NCBI GenBank assembly: GCA_022840695.1
Contig: JALHDC010000001.1
Location: forward strand, 169,281 to 233,280
Direction: 5' to 3'
From: a bacterium
GTDB lineage: Bacteria; Patescibacteriota; Dojkabacteria; SC72
DNA: 64,000 nucleotides
Shown: piece after piece, positions 24,893-35,295 of the stretch
Numbering within the stretch: position 1 is the stretch's first letter
Layout: each line of letters opens with the position of its first letter
Position numbers and translations under genes: made by a program
Notes under the pieces: generated by a model
What the model was told of the DNA's origin: nothing
The model's database searches: none
Seen by the model: only the letters and a program-made list of their open reading frames with translations

Positions 24893-26308
24893 ATGATAAA
24901 AAATCTGTTCATCCCAAATAAGAAGAATAATTACAAGGCTCTACTACTTAGAAAAATCGCAATACTTTCATATTCCGTTCTGTTAATATTCGTTAATAGC
25001 TTCGGAGGGTTTTTAGGAATAAATGAAGCACAGGCAAGCACTATAACGGCTGGTAATATAATTAGCTTAACTAATCAGGAAAGAGTTGCTTGGGGATTGA
25101 ATACTTTGCAAACAAATTCGCAACTTTCTGCCGCTGCATTGGCAAAGGCGAATGATATGTTTGAGAAGCAGTATTGGGATCATTTTGGTCCTAATGGTGA
25201 ATCTCCTTGGCAGTTTATCAGAGCTGCTGGATATAATTATGTGTATGCAGGAGAAAATCTTGCGAAAGGGTTTAAGACAGCAGAAGGAGTTCACGAAGCC
25301 TGGATGGCAAGCCCCACACATAAGGCCAACATTATAAGTGGTAATTATAAGGATATTGGTGTAGCTGTTGTGGAAGGAGTTCTATTGGGTAAACAGACTA
25401 CTCTTGTAGTGCAGATGTTTGGGAATTTAACTACAGAGGTTTTTGGTGTTGCTGTGCCTCCTGTTGAAAATAATGAAAAGGTAGTGGAGACTCCTCAAGT
25501 GGTAAATCCTCCATCCTCACAGGAAAAGGTAGTGGTGAATAAAGAGGTTGGAGAAATAAAAAGTATAAGGATTACATCTCCTCAGGAAGGTAGTGTTGTT
25601 ACTGATCCCAATACAAACATAAAAGGAGATACGAGTAATGTCTCAGGTAATTACACAGTAACTATATATGATGGAGATAATGCTGTTGGAGATGTCTCTT
25701 CTGGGGCACCTGAATGGGAATTTGATAAAGGTAGTGATTGGGAGGAAGGAAATCATTCAGTTATGGCAGAATTGAAAGACTCAACTGTTAAATCGGATAA
25801 AGTCTCTTTTACAGTAGATTCCAAAGCACCAGTTGTTTCTATGGAAACTATTCAAGTAAATAAAATAGATGGGAAATATACAATATTTTTCAAAATAGAA
25901 GGAGAGTGGAAGAGTATTTCTCTAGTTTTAGGTTCTGAGATAATAGAGGTGGAATATACGGAGGAAGAAGAGGGATTACTTATAGAGCTAACAGAGGAAC
26001 AGGTATTAGGTTCTGTGATAATTGTATTAGCTGATGAATATGGTAATACTTCTGAATTGGATATATCAGAGTACTTTATTGAGGAAGATAATCAAAAAAT
26101 AATCTTTCCTACTCTTAGACTGAATACAGGCGATAAAATTAGTGTTGGAATAGTATCTTTTGTCTTCCTATTACTCTTGATAGAGGTAGTTGTTTATTGG
26201 AAGAAAGGGAGGATTAAGGATGCTGTTAATGATATCTTCACCATAGGGGTATGGTGGATTGTTATAACTATCGCACTTTTTAATGGATTTTCTGGAATAA
26301 TTAATTAG
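24893..26308 (+). CDS. Secreted/membrane-anchored CAP (SCP/PR-1, YkwD-like) domain protein
   Basis: N-terminal TM/signal. CAP block GENLAKGFKTAEGVHEAWMASPTHKANIISGNYKDIGVAV. C-terminal TM anchor. Confidence 0.6.
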   Translation: MIKNLFIPNKKNNYKALLLRKIAILSYSVLLIFVNSFGGFLGINEAQASTITAGNIISLTNQERVAWGLNTLQTNSQLSAAALAKANDMFEKQYWDHFGPNGESPWQFIRAAGYNYVYAGENLAKGFKTAEGVHEAWMASPTHKANIISGNYKDIGVAVVEGVLLGKQTTLVVQMFGNLTTEVFGVAVPPVENNEKVVETPQVVNPPSSQEKVVVNKEVGEIKSIRITSPQEGSVVTDPNTNIKGDTSNVSGNYTVTIYDGDNAVGDVSSGAPEWEFDKGSDWEEGNHSVMAELKDSTVKSDKVSFTVDSKAPVVSMETIQVNKIDGKYTIFFKIEGEWKSISLVLGSEIIEVEYTEEEEGLLIELTEEQVLGSVIIVLADEYGNTSELDISEYFIEEDNQKIIFPTLRLNTGDKISVGIVSFVFLLLLIEVVVYWKKGRIKDAVNDIFTIGVWWIVITIALFNGFSGIIN

Positions 26309-26327
26309 TAACATTTACTGCCTAACA

Positions 26328-27122
26328 ATGAAATATAATTTGAAAATTAAAAATGACCTACTATATCTCTTTGTTTTATTATCCGTAACTCAGTTTTTTA
26401 ATTATGCAGTATTACATGCTCCATTTCATATACTGCTCCTTTTCGGTTCATTAGGTCTACTACTATTAGAAACATGGTTTGTTAGAGCTTTCACTGTTTA
26501 TTCTGGTAGAAAGATATCTAAGTACAGTGATGTTATTGTTAGGATATCATTAAAGGATAGATTTTTTGGATATTTTATTCTTCCTGCAATATTCTACATT
26601 TCAATACTGTTATTTCTATACTTCAATCGAAATGTTGTATTAGGTCATACAGTATTGGGTATATGTACAATACTGCTGTTAGTTCTTTTTCTTAATGTTA
26701 AAAGCTCTCTTAATAAAATGTACTCCTTGGCTATTGCTACAAGGGCAATATTTGATTTCATATGTATAACAATATTCTATCTTCTTCTAAATAGCTTTGT
26801 GAGAATGGGTATGAGTTTAGAAAATTTTTCTATAATAAGCACCATATCCTCGTTAATTTTACTTTTATTTGTTTTGAGAATACACGATAGGTTGGGGTTA
26901 TTAGAGATCTTTGTCTCTATCCTTAGCTCATTATTCATTACATTCTTCACAATTTATTTTTGGAATCACAATATCTTTGTAATTCCTGCGATTGGTTCAT
27001 TAGCCTTCTACTTAGTAATTTCTTTATGGAATATCCGTTTTGCTGGGAAAATAAAGGTTGTTGAATACTTAATTCCTTTCCTTTATGTTGTAGTTGCAAT
27101 TATTTTAGTATTAAATCTTTAA
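26328..27122 (+). CDS. Polytopic membrane protein, hypothetical
   Basis: 264 aa, about 8 hydrophobic segments, no motif recognised. Confidence 0.35.
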   Translation: MKYNLKIKNDLLYLFVLLSVTQFFNYAVLHAPFHILLLFGSLGLLLLETWFVRAFTVYSGRKISKYSDVIVRISLKDRFFGYFILPAIFYISILLFLYFNRNVVLGHTVLGICTILLLVLFLNVKSSLNKMYSLAIATRAIFDFICITIFYLLLNSFVRMGMSLENFSIISTISSLILLLFVLRIHDRLGLLEIFVSILSSLFITFFTIYFWNHNIFVIPAIGSLAFYLVISLWNIRFAGKIKVVEYLIPFLYVVVAIILVLNL

Positions 27123-27827
27123 ATGCAAAAAAGCTTTGTTCTTAAAATAGGAGGTTCTGTACTATATGATAATTTACTCAATCTTAATGAAGAATTGCTC
27201 AAGAAAGTTAAAGATTGGTATTTTGATGTAAGTGGTGAATATGAAAAGATTGTGATGGTAGTTGGAGGAGGGTCCCTTTCTAGAGATTTACAAAAGAAGA
27301 TCTCTACTTCTGTAGGGGGAGAGGAGTATCTACATAATATTGGGATGAGTGTTACTCAAACTAATGCTGCTGTAATTCAAGGATATATTGAAGATCCTAG
27401 TATATATGTACCTAAGAAATTGGGAGATGCATATGAATTTCTTTGGGAAGAGGGGAAAAGAACTATTCTAAGTGGTGGATTAAAGGTTGGTTGGAGTACA
27501 GATATGGATGCAGCAGTTTTTGCTGATATATTGGGAGTGGATAGGGTGTATAAGATCTCGAATGTTAGTCATATATATGAAGAGGATCCAGATTCAAATC
27601 CTAATGCTTCTTTGATAAAGGATCTTTCTTGGGATCAATACTTTGATTTATTTAATATCCTAGAAGATTCTGTACATAAAGCAAATAACAGCATTCCAAT
27701 TGATATTGAATGTGCTAGATTCTGCTCTACTAAAGGAATATCATTCTTTCTCTCAGGAGGAAAATATATTTACGAGAAATCAAACATAAAGGATATTCTG
27801 ACAGAAGGAACCTTAATCCATCCTTAA
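27123..27827 (+). CDS. pyrH: Uridylate (UMP) kinase, amino-acid-kinase family
   Basis: FVLKIGGSVL, VMVVGGGSLSRD, ILSGGLKVGWSTDMDAAVFADILGVDRVYKISNVSHIYEEDPDSNPNASL and the C-terminal ...GTLI align block-by-block with PyrH. Confidence 0.65.
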   Translation: MQKSFVLKIGGSVLYDNLLNLNEELLKKVKDWYFDVSGEYEKIVMVVGGGSLSRDLQKKISTSVGGEEYLHNIGMSVTQTNAAVIQGYIEDPSIYVPKKLGDAYEFLWEEGKRTILSGGLKVGWSTDMDAAVFADILGVDRVYKISNVSHIYEEDPDSNPNASLIKDLSWDQYFDLFNILEDSVHKANNSIPIDIECARFCSTKGISFFLSGGKYIYEKSNIKDILTEGTLIHP

Positions 27828-28297
27828 GATATTTTCTCTATAGTATATTCAATATCACCCTTAGGTGTTGATATTGTAACCTTATCTCCAACTCTCTTTC
27901 CCATAACTGCTATCCCTATTGGTGATTTATGAGAAATTTTTCTTTCCAAAGGATTTGCTTCATGTTCCCCAGTTATTTCATACTTAATCTTCTTGCCATT
28001 TTTCAATGTTACGAAATCTCCAATACCAACTACATTCTTGTTCGTATCCTTAATTATCTTTGCATCCTTAATCTTGTCTTTTAATTCTATGATCTTCTCT
28101 TCATTGATATTTTGCTCTTCTACAGCCATGGAGTATCCATCGTTTTCCCTAAGGTCTCCTTGATTCCGCATCTCATTTAAAGTATTTGCGATTTTAGCTC
28201 TTAATTCTTTTTCTCTAAATTTCAATTCTTCAACTAATTTTTCAAATCCTTTTTTCGTTGTTTCATATCTTTTTTCTTCTTTCATATAAAGTGACAT
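27824..28297 (-). CDS. greA: Transcription elongation factor GreA family
   Basis: 157 aa. N-terminal coiled coil with DLRENDGY...EQ, C-terminal FKBP-like domain (GDKVTISTPKGDIEYTIEKI). Confidence 0.8.
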   Translation of the reverse strand: MSLYMKEEKRYETTKKGFEKLVEELKFREKELRAKIANTLNEMRNQGDLRENDGYSMAVEEQNINEEKIIELKDKIKDAKIIKDTNKNVVGIGDFVTLKNGKKIKYEITGEHEANPLERKISHKSPIGIAVMGKRVGDKVTISTPKGDIEYTIEKIS

Positions 28298-28409
28298 TAC
28301 AACTTAGTCGGGACATAATATATGTTACGAATATGTAATGTCAAATAAATAGAAACCTGTAGTAACAGTTCAAAATAGTATAGTAATATGATAAAATCAC
28401 TATTTGTAA

Positions 28410-28484
28410 GCCGCTATCGTCTAACGGTTAGGACACAGGATTCTCAATCCTGCAATCGGGGTTCGATTCCCCGTAGCGGTACCA
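28410..28484 (+). tRNA. tRNA-Glu (anticodon CUC), CCA encoded
   Basis: Cloverleaf read by hand: acceptor gccgcta/tagcggt, D arm tcgtctaacggttaggaca, anticodon stem cagga/tcctg with loop ttCTCaa, T arm ggggttcgattcccc, then ACCA. Confidence 0.85.
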
Positions 28485-28502
28485 AATTGTTTAATCAAAA
28501 CT

Positions 28503-29147
28503 ATGACTTTCGATATCATCACAATCTTTCCCAATGTAGTGGAAGAATATATTAATACAGGTATTGTAAGCAATGCTCTTAAGAAAGGGTTTGTAGAGAT
28601 AAATGTACATGATCTTAGGAAATGGACTGATGATAAACATAAGACAGTAGATGATACTCCATACGGTGGTGGTCCAGGTATGATAATGAAAGTAGAGCCA
28701 ATATATAAAGCTATACAGGAATTAAAAAAGGAAAATACCATAGTAGCTATAACAACTCCCAAAGGTAAAATTCTTGAACAAAAAGAGCTTTCTGATTTCT
28801 CAGAGCAAAAAGACTTACATATGATAATTCTCTGTGGAAGATATGAAGGATTTGATCAAAGGATACACGATCATTTAGTTGATTATGAATTCTCCATAGG
28901 AAAATATGTCCTTTCTGGGGGAGAACTCCCTGCATTAGTATTGATAGACGGTATTACAAGATTAATTCCTGGAGTATTAGGTAATATTGAATCTCTAAAT
29001 GATGAATCCTTTACCGATGGTAAATTAGAGTATCCACAATATACCAAACCAGAAGAGTTTAATGGCTGGAAAGTTCCTGAAATCCTTCTTTCTGGGGATC
29101 ATAAAAAAATTGAAAAGTACAGACAAAAAAGACAGAAAATGATATAA
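28503..29147 (+). CDS. trmD: tRNA (guanine37-N1)-methyltransferase
   Basis: 214 aa SPOUT fold. FDIITIFP, TPYGGGPGMIM, LCGRYEGFDQRI, LSGGELPALVLIDGITR. Confidence 0.9.
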   Translation: MTFDIITIFPNVVEEYINTGIVSNALKKGFVEINVHDLRKWTDDKHKTVDDTPYGGGPGMIMKVEPIYKAIQELKKENTIVAITTPKGKILEQKELSDFSEQKDLHMIILCGRYEGFDQRIHDHLVDYEFSIGKYVLSGGELPALVLIDGITRLIPGVLGNIESLNDESFTDGKLEYPQYTKPEEFNGWKVPEILLSGDHKKIEKYRQKRQKMI

Positions 29148-29213
29148 TCAAAATCTATTTAAGAAATATTTGTTCCACATTTTCCTACCTTAATTCTTAG
29201 AAATATATTAGTT

Positions 29214-29678
29214 ATGAATGAAAAAATTGTATTAACAAAACAGAAGATAGAGGAGCTCAAAACTGAGCTAAATAAGCTTGAAAATGAAAAGAGAAAAGAA
29301 CTATCTCAGTCGTTAGAACAAGCTCGATTAAGTGATGTTAGTGAAGATACAGATGCAATAATTGCTGTTATGAGTGAATTGGAAAAGCTAGATCAAAGGA
29401 GTGAAGAGATTAAGGAAATCTTAGCTAATTCTTCAGAGTTAAAGAAAAGCCATAAAAATGGACATGAGGTTGGGATAGGATGCAGTGTTAAATTGAGAAA
29501 TAATGATAAAACTACTGTATTTCATATAGTCTCTGAGGTTGAATCTGATCCTTCTCAGAATAAGATATCTGACAAATCTCCATTAGGAAAAGAATTACTT
29601 AAATCCAAAGTGGGTGATTGTGTAACATTAAAGGTTGCATCAAGAACTATTGAATATAAGGTATTAGAGATAAGTTAA
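29214..29678 (+). CDS. GreA/GreB-family transcription elongation factor, second paralog
   Basis: 154 aa. Coiled-coil N-terminus and C-terminal domain (VGIGCSVKL...SPLGKELLKSKVGDCVTLKVASRTIEYKVLEI) parallel the greA at 27824-28297. Confidence 0.7.
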   Translation: MNEKIVLTKQKIEELKTELNKLENEKRKELSQSLEQARLSDVSEDTDAIIAVMSELEKLDQRSEEIKEILANSSELKKSHKNGHEVGIGCSVKLRNNDKTTVFHIVSEVESDPSQNKISDKSPLGKELLKSKVGDCVTLKVASRTIEYKVLEIS

Positions 29679-30979
29679 GAAAGATACTCTCTTAAATCCT
29701 CTATCTTAATCCTTTCCTGTTTCATACTATCTCTCTCTCTTACAGTTACAGTATCATTTTCTAAGGATTCATAATCAATAGTTATGCAGAATGGTGTACC
29801 TATCTCGTCTTGATATCTATATCTTTTACCAATATTCCCTCTATCATCCCAAATAACTTTGATATCTTCACTTAATAGCTCAAAGACATCCCTTGCTTTT
29901 TTGGTAATATCTTCCTTATTCGATACTAATGGGAATATTGCAGCCTTGTATGCAGCAATATCTTTGTGTATCTTTAAAACAGTCCTACTATTTCCATCCC
30001 CTAAATCCTCTTCTTCATAGGCATCAAAGAGTAACATTAAAAGTGTTCTATCTACACCTCCAGAAGTTTCAACTATCCATGGAATATATTTTTCTCCACT
30101 CTTAGGATCTGTATATGAAAGATCCTTGCCTGAGAATTTACTGTGTTGTGTTAAGTCATAATCACTTCTCCAATGTATTCCCTCATTCTCTGCCCAACCC
30201 CAAGGAGCTAAGTATTCAACATCATATGCATCCTTGGCATAGAATACTAATTTCTCTTTTGGATGTTGTCTAAATCTAAGATTTTCCTGTTTTCTGTACA
30301 ACTCCTTGTAGAATCTCATTCTTTCATCCATCCAATATTTAAACCATTTTTCCATCTCATCAGGATGTACAAAAAATTGCATATCCCACTGTTCAAACTC
30401 TCTAGAACGATATGTTAATTTGCCTGGAGTTATCTCATTTCTAAAAGCCTTACCAATCTGTGCTATACCGAAAGGAACTTGCATTCTTGTACTGTCGACG
30501 ACATTCTTAAAATCCAAATATATTGTTTGACAAGCTTCACCTCTCAAATATGCCTTCATTTTTGCACCTTCCAAAACACCAACCTCTGTTTCAAAAAGCA
30601 TATTGTAACTTCTAGGTTCTGTAAAATCAGAACTACCACACTTAGGACATTTTCCCTCTATATCCTCAGGCCTATATCTTTGATGACACTTCTTACACTC
30701 AACAACCTCATCTCCAAAGTTCTCAACATGACCACTTGCTTCCCAAACCTTAGGATGTGTAATTATAGTACCATCTATACCTACAACATTCTCCCTCCTG
30801 TCCACCATATCCTTCCACCAATACCTCTTCAAATTATTCTTCATCTCAACTCCAACTGGTCCGTAATCATAGAAACCACCAATACCTCCATATATCTCAG
30901 AGTTAGGATATATTATGCCTCTTCTTTTTGCTAAGGAAGTAACTTTCTCTAACAAATCATTTTTTTCTACATCAAGCAT
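29675..30979 (-). CDS. glyQS: Glycyl-tRNA synthetase, dimeric class II (GlyQS type). Start assigned to the internal Met; the ORF continues 75 nt upstream.
   Basis: RGIIYPNSEIYGGIGGFYDYGPVG, FEQWDMQFF, GGVDRT... are GlyRS class II motifs. Confidence 0.9.
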   Translation of the reverse strand: MLDVEKNDLLEKVTSLAKRRGIIYPNSEIYGGIGGFYDYGPVGVEMKNNLKRYWWKDMVDRRENVVGIDGTIITHPKVWEASGHVENFGDEVVECKKCHQRYRPEDIEGKCPKCGSSDFTEPRSYNMLFETEVGVLEGAKMKAYLRGEACQTIYLDFKNVVDSTRMQVPFGIAQIGKAFRNEITPGKLTYRSREFEQWDMQFFVHPDEMEKWFKYWMDERMRFYKELYRKQENLRFRQHPKEKLVFYAKDAYDVEYLAPWGWAENEGIHWRSDYDLTQHSKFSGKDLSYTDPKSGEKYIPWIVETSGGVDRTLLMLLFDAYEEEDLGDGNSRTVLKIHKDIAAYKAAIFPLVSNKEDITKKARDVFELLSEDIKVIWDDRGNIGKRYRYQDEIGTPFCITIDYESLENDTVTVRERDSMKQERIKIEDLREYLS

Positions 30980-31104
30980 GCTCAAATTATATATCATGAC
31001 AAGGACTATTGGTAGTAAATGAACGAAATTTAAGATTCTATAGGCAAAAATCATAGGAATGGTATGATATAATAATATTTAGTTAATATAATAAACTCAC
31101 AGCA

Positions 31105-32577
31105 ATGGCGATGTTAGATACCATCCGAGAAGGAAGAATAGAAAAAGCTAATAAATTTAGAGAAAAGGGAATAAATCCATATCCTTCCAAGTCAAACCGA
31201 GATACAAACAGTGGGGATATAATCGAAAACTACGAAAAATTTGAAGGAAAGAAAGTAACAGTATCAGGAAGAGTAATGCTATTTAGGGAATTAGGAAAAA
31301 TATCCTTTATGAAGCTAAAAGATATGTCTGGTGAAATCCAACTATATCTCAAAAGAGAGGAACTTGGGGAAGAAGAGTGGGAAGATCTCAAACTCTTTGA
31401 TGTAGGAGATTTTGTAGATGCAAGCGGTGTTGTATGTAAAACCAAAACAGGAGAGATATCAGTACAGATCGAAGAATTAAGAATATTAGCAAAGTCCATC
31501 AGACCTCTACCTGAAAAATGGTTAGGAATTCAAGATGAAGACAAAAGATTTAGACAAAGATATCTAGATTTTCTAGTGAACCCAGAATCTAGAGAAAGAA
31601 TAGAAAAAAGAGCAAAACTTCTAAAATATCTAAGAGAGTTTTTATGGAGTAAAGGATTCATAGAAATAGAGAACCCTTCCTTGGAAGTCAATCCAGCTGG
31701 AGCACAAGCAGAGCCATTTAAGACACATATAAATGCATATGACATGGATCTATATCTACGCATATGTGCTGGTGAACTTTGGCAAAAAATGTCCACAATT
31801 GGTGGCTTTGAAAGGGTCTTTGAAGTTGCTCGAGCATACAGAAATGAAGGTGTAGATGCAGAACATAATCCAGAATTTACAATGCTAGAATTCTACTGGG
31901 CCTATGCAACCATAGAAGACAATATTAAATTCCATGAAGAACTATTTTCCGGAATGGTTAAAGAAGTGGTGGGGGACTACAAATTCCAATACCAAGGTAA
32001 AACACTTGATATGACACCTCCATATAGAGTTGCTAGATATAATGACCTTTTCATAGAACATATTGGAATTGATCTTGATAAATATGAAGATTTAGAAGAA
32101 CTGAAAAAGGTTGCTATAGAAAAAGGTGTAGAACTAGAAGAAGGTCTGGGTTGGAGTACTACAATAGACCAAATATTTAAACAGAAGGTTAGACCAAAGC
32201 TCTTTGACCCTGTCTTCGTTACAGACTATCCGTACATTCTAACCCCTCTTGCCAAGAGAGTTGAAAACGGTAATGGGAAATATGTACAAATGTTCCAGTT
32301 TGTAATCGATTCCATGGAAATGTGCAGAACATATGGAGAGCTAAATGATCCAATAGACCAAATGAAAAGATTCGAAGAACAACAGGAATCTCAAGTTGAC
32401 GGAGAAGATGAAGATAACTGGGCAGCCGATTATGAATTTGTAGAAGCAATGGAATACGGTATGCCTCCACAAAGTGGTTCAGGCCTAGGAATAGACAGGT
32501 GGGTAAAAGTATTAACAGATGCCCAGAGCTTAAGGGAATGCATTGCATATCCAATTATGAAGCCTGAGAAAAAGTAG
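31105..32577 (+). CDS. lysS: Lysyl-tRNA synthetase (class II)
   Basis: 490 aa. N-terminal OB anticodon-binding domain. Motifs FIEIENP, YRNEGVDAEHNPEFTMLEFY, GMPPQSGSGLGIDRW. Confidence 0.95.
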   Translation: MAMLDTIREGRIEKANKFREKGINPYPSKSNRDTNSGDIIENYEKFEGKKVTVSGRVMLFRELGKISFMKLKDMSGEIQLYLKREELGEEEWEDLKLFDVGDFVDASGVVCKTKTGEISVQIEELRILAKSIRPLPEKWLGIQDEDKRFRQRYLDFLVNPESRERIEKRAKLLKYLREFLWSKGFIEIENPSLEVNPAGAQAEPFKTHINAYDMDLYLRICAGELWQKMSTIGGFERVFEVARAYRNEGVDAEHNPEFTMLEFYWAYATIEDNIKFHEELFSGMVKEVVGDYKFQYQGKTLDMTPPYRVARYNDLFIEHIGIDLDKYEDLEELKKVAIEKGVELEEGLGWSTTIDQIFKQKVRPKLFDPVFVTDYPYILTPLAKRVENGNGKYVQMFQFVIDSMEMCRTYGELNDPIDQMKRFEEQQESQVDGEDEDNWAADYEFVEAMEYGMPPQSGSGLGIDRWVKVLTDAQSLRECIAYPIMKPEKK

Positions 32578-32596
32578 TAGGTCATTTAGAAAAAAT

Positions 32597-32980
32597 ATGG
32601 ATTCAATAAAGGACATAGTTTCGCAATTTAGAAAGGATAATACCCCTGAAGAAAAAGAGGATCTAAATCAATCAAAACTATTCGATACTTCCAAACTAAA
32701 AACAAACCCCAATAAAATGTTTGGTAACAAACATAAATACATATCCAAAGAGTATCAATCATACGGACTTAGATTAGCAGGTAAGCTAGATGACAAGGAA
32801 AGAGCAACCATGTACATCAAATGGGCCAAAGAGAAGCCCAGAGCAGTACTAGAGAGAGCCCTAAGCTTCACAATAGACTACCCATCAGCCAAAGACAAAA
32901 GCAGAATCTTTATGTGGAAAGTAAAAGAATTGGAAAAGGAACACGAAGAAAACAAAACTAAGAAGAAACAACCTCATTAA
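32597..32980 (+). CDS. Hypothetical protein (127 aa, basic)
   Basis: ORF only. Its 3' end overlaps the convergent DHH gene by 23 nt. Confidence 0.3.
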   Translation: MDSIKDIVSQFRKDNTPEEKEDLNQSKLFDTSKLKTNPNKMFGNKHKYISKEYQSYGLRLAGKLDDKERATMYIKWAKEKPRAVLERALSFTIDYPSAKDKSRIFMWKVKELEKEHEENKTKKKQPH

Positions 32981-33956
32981 CTACACCTAAAACCCTCTCT
33001 ACCACTTCCTCCACTGTATTTGCTGTTATTTTTGTAGCTGAAGAATACTCATGACCCCCTCCATTTAATTTCTTTGCTATAACCTCAACATCCTGATACC
33101 CCTTAGTACTCCTAAAAGACACATACCATTTATTTACATAATCATAACTTGGTCTAACTATAAAACCCCAATGTACACCCTGTATAAATCTCAAATAGCT
33201 ATCCCTTAAAAATGCTTGTGCGGTATTCACACCCTGCTTACTCAGCCCTTTTTCATCAATAATCTCCTTAGGCATATACATATATGCCATATCACCTTCT
33301 ATTTTTAATGTCTTTAAGAACTCAACAACAGCATCCGTAGCATCCTTAGGGAACTTCTTAGACTTATATGCAAACTCCTCTAAATCAACCCTATGAAATT
33401 CCATAACTTCAGCAAAAACTCTCATGGTTTCAGGTGTTGTTATATCATATAGAAACCTCCCTGTATCATCCACTATCCCATACTGTACTAAACTAGCAAT
33501 ATCCTCATCAACTTTAAACTTCTTCTCAAAAATTCTTTTCAATGTAACATATACTTGCTCTGTTGCAGAACTTCTCAATTCATTTACAACCTCATCTCTC
33601 TCCTCATCAATTCTATGGTGATCAATAAAGAACTTTGTCACTTTGCTATTAAATATCCCATCCTTATGTTCATCTACAAATAATTCCCATTCTGAGCTAT
33701 CAGTACAGATTATTAAATCTTCATTTTCAGAATCAATTTCTTCAACTAAATTAATATTCTCCATCTGAGGTAATTTAACAGTAGGATACTGCCTTGTTTT
33801 CATTGTAATTCTTTTTGAAGGAAATATATTAATAAGTTCCTTGTAGAGTAATAACATACTACAAAATGCATCAATATCAGGTCCTCTATGTGTCAATATC
33901 AGTATATTTTTTGCTTTACTAATCTCCTTTTTTAACCTTTTCTCCTGCTTGTTCAT
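32958..33956 (-). CDS. DHH-DHHA1 family phosphoesterase (NrnA-like nanoRNase / pAp phosphatase)
   Basis: DHH motifs ILTHRGPDIDAF, CTDSS, IDHHRID. DHHA1 GGGH motif (LNGGGHEYSSATKI). Confidence 0.7.
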   Translation of the reverse strand: MNKQEKRLKKEISKAKNILILTHRGPDIDAFCSMLLLYKELINIFPSKRITMKTRQYPTVKLPQMENINLVEEIDSENEDLIICTDSSEWELFVDEHKDGIFNSKVTKFFIDHHRIDEERDEVVNELRSSATEQVYVTLKRIFEKKFKVDEDIASLVQYGIVDDTGRFLYDITTPETMRVFAEVMEFHRVDLEEFAYKSKKFPKDATDAVVEFLKTLKIEGDMAYMYMPKEIIDEKGLSKQGVNTAQAFLRDSYLRFIQGVHWGFIVRPSYDYVNKWYVSFRSTKGYQDVEVIAKKLNGGGHEYSSATKITANTVEEVVERVLGVVNEVVSS

Positions 33957-34020
33957 AATCTTGATAATACCAAGAATGCAGAATATAATACAATAATTTG
34001 CTAAATTAATAATTACAGAA

Positions 34021-35289
34021 ATGATAGATATTAAAAGAATTGTTGATCAAAGAGAAAAAGTAGAAGAAGGTTTGTTAAAAAGATTGTCTAAAGAGGAATT
34101 TGATCTAGATGAAATATTGAAAATATATGAAAAGAAGAAAGATTTACAATTAGAGTTTGATACAAAGAGAGCACAGCAGAATCAATTTAATGACAAAATG
34201 GCTTCCACAGAAAAGGGTAGTGATGAATTTAAAAAACTCCTAACCGATTTAAAAGAAAAAGCAGCTGAGGTTAAAGATTTGGAGAGTAAATTGAAGGAAG
34301 TTGAAAAAGAATTGGTCTCAAAATTAGAAGTACTACCCAACATTCCAGATGAGGATGTAGTAGCAGGAGGAAAGGAGAACAATGAAGTTGTGAAGACTGT
34401 AGGAGAGAAACCTAAGTTTGATTTTGAACCAAAGGATCATATTCAATTAGGAAAGGATTTGGGACTTTTAGATTTAGAAAGAGCAACAAAAATATCAGGA
34501 AACAACTTTAGTATGTACAGAGGAATGGGTGCCAGATTAGAATGGGCAGTAATAAATTTCTTCATTAATGAACATATTAAGGATGGATACGAAATGATAA
34601 TACCTCCTAACTTGGTTACAAGAGATTCTGCATATGCAGCTGGTCAACTACCTAAGTTTGAAAACGATGTCTACTGGACAACAGATGGTCTTTGTTTAGT
34701 ACCAACTGCAGAGACTGTTCTCACAAATATATTTAAAGATGAAATTGTCGATGAGAAGGATTTACCAAAGAAAATATTTGCATATACACCCTGTTACAGG
34801 AAAGAGGCAGGTAGCTACAGAGCAAATGAGAAAGGTCTCATAAGAATGCATCAATTTAATAAAGTTGAGATGTATCAATTTACTACCGATGAGAAATCAG
34901 AGGAAGCTTTGGAGGAACTAGTAAAGAAAGCAGAGAGTTTGGTAGAGAAGCTAGGTTTACACTATCAAACTGTAAAATTAGCTGCAGGAGATTGTGGTGC
35001 TGGTGCTGCAAAGACATTTGATGTAGAGGTATATATTCCTACAATAGATCAATATTATGAAGTAAGTTCTGTGTCCAATGTGAGAGAATATCAAACAAGA
35101 AGAGGAAATATGAGATTTAAACCTGCAAGCGGTGGAAAACCAAGATATATGCACTCATTGAATGGCTCAGGATTAGCTACAAGTAGATTAATGGTTGCAC
35201 TTTTGGAAACATATCAACAGGAAGATGGAAGCATAATAGTTCCAGAAGTTTTAAGACCCTATATAGGTGTAGATAAGATTACTAAATAA
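34021..35289 (+). CDS. serS: Seryl-tRNA synthetase
   Basis: 422 aa. N-terminal coiled-coil arm. Class II motifs (YTPCYRKEAGS..., FNKVEMYQF, GSGLATSRLMVALLE). Confidence 0.95.
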   Translation: MIDIKRIVDQREKVEEGLLKRLSKEEFDLDEILKIYEKKKDLQLEFDTKRAQQNQFNDKMASTEKGSDEFKKLLTDLKEKAAEVKDLESKLKEVEKELVSKLEVLPNIPDEDVVAGGKENNEVVKTVGEKPKFDFEPKDHIQLGKDLGLLDLERATKISGNNFSMYRGMGARLEWAVINFFINEHIKDGYEMIIPPNLVTRDSAYAAGQLPKFENDVYWTTDGLCLVPTAETVLTNIFKDEIVDEKDLPKKIFAYTPCYRKEAGSYRANEKGLIRMHQFNKVEMYQFTTDEKSEEALEELVKKAESLVEKLGLHYQTVKLAAGDCGAGAAKTFDVEVYIPTIDQYYEVSSVSNVREYQTRRGNMRFKPASGGKPRYMHSLNGSGLATSRLMVALLETYQQEDGSIIVPEVLRPYIGVDKITK

Positions 35290-35295
35290 TAGGAT

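Noticed and set aside
28421-28762. 113-aa minus-strand ORF overlapping tRNA-Glu and the trmD start
   Set aside because: It overlaps a clear tRNA cloverleaf and the 5' end of trmD. The translation is hydrophobic and low-complexity. It is spurious.
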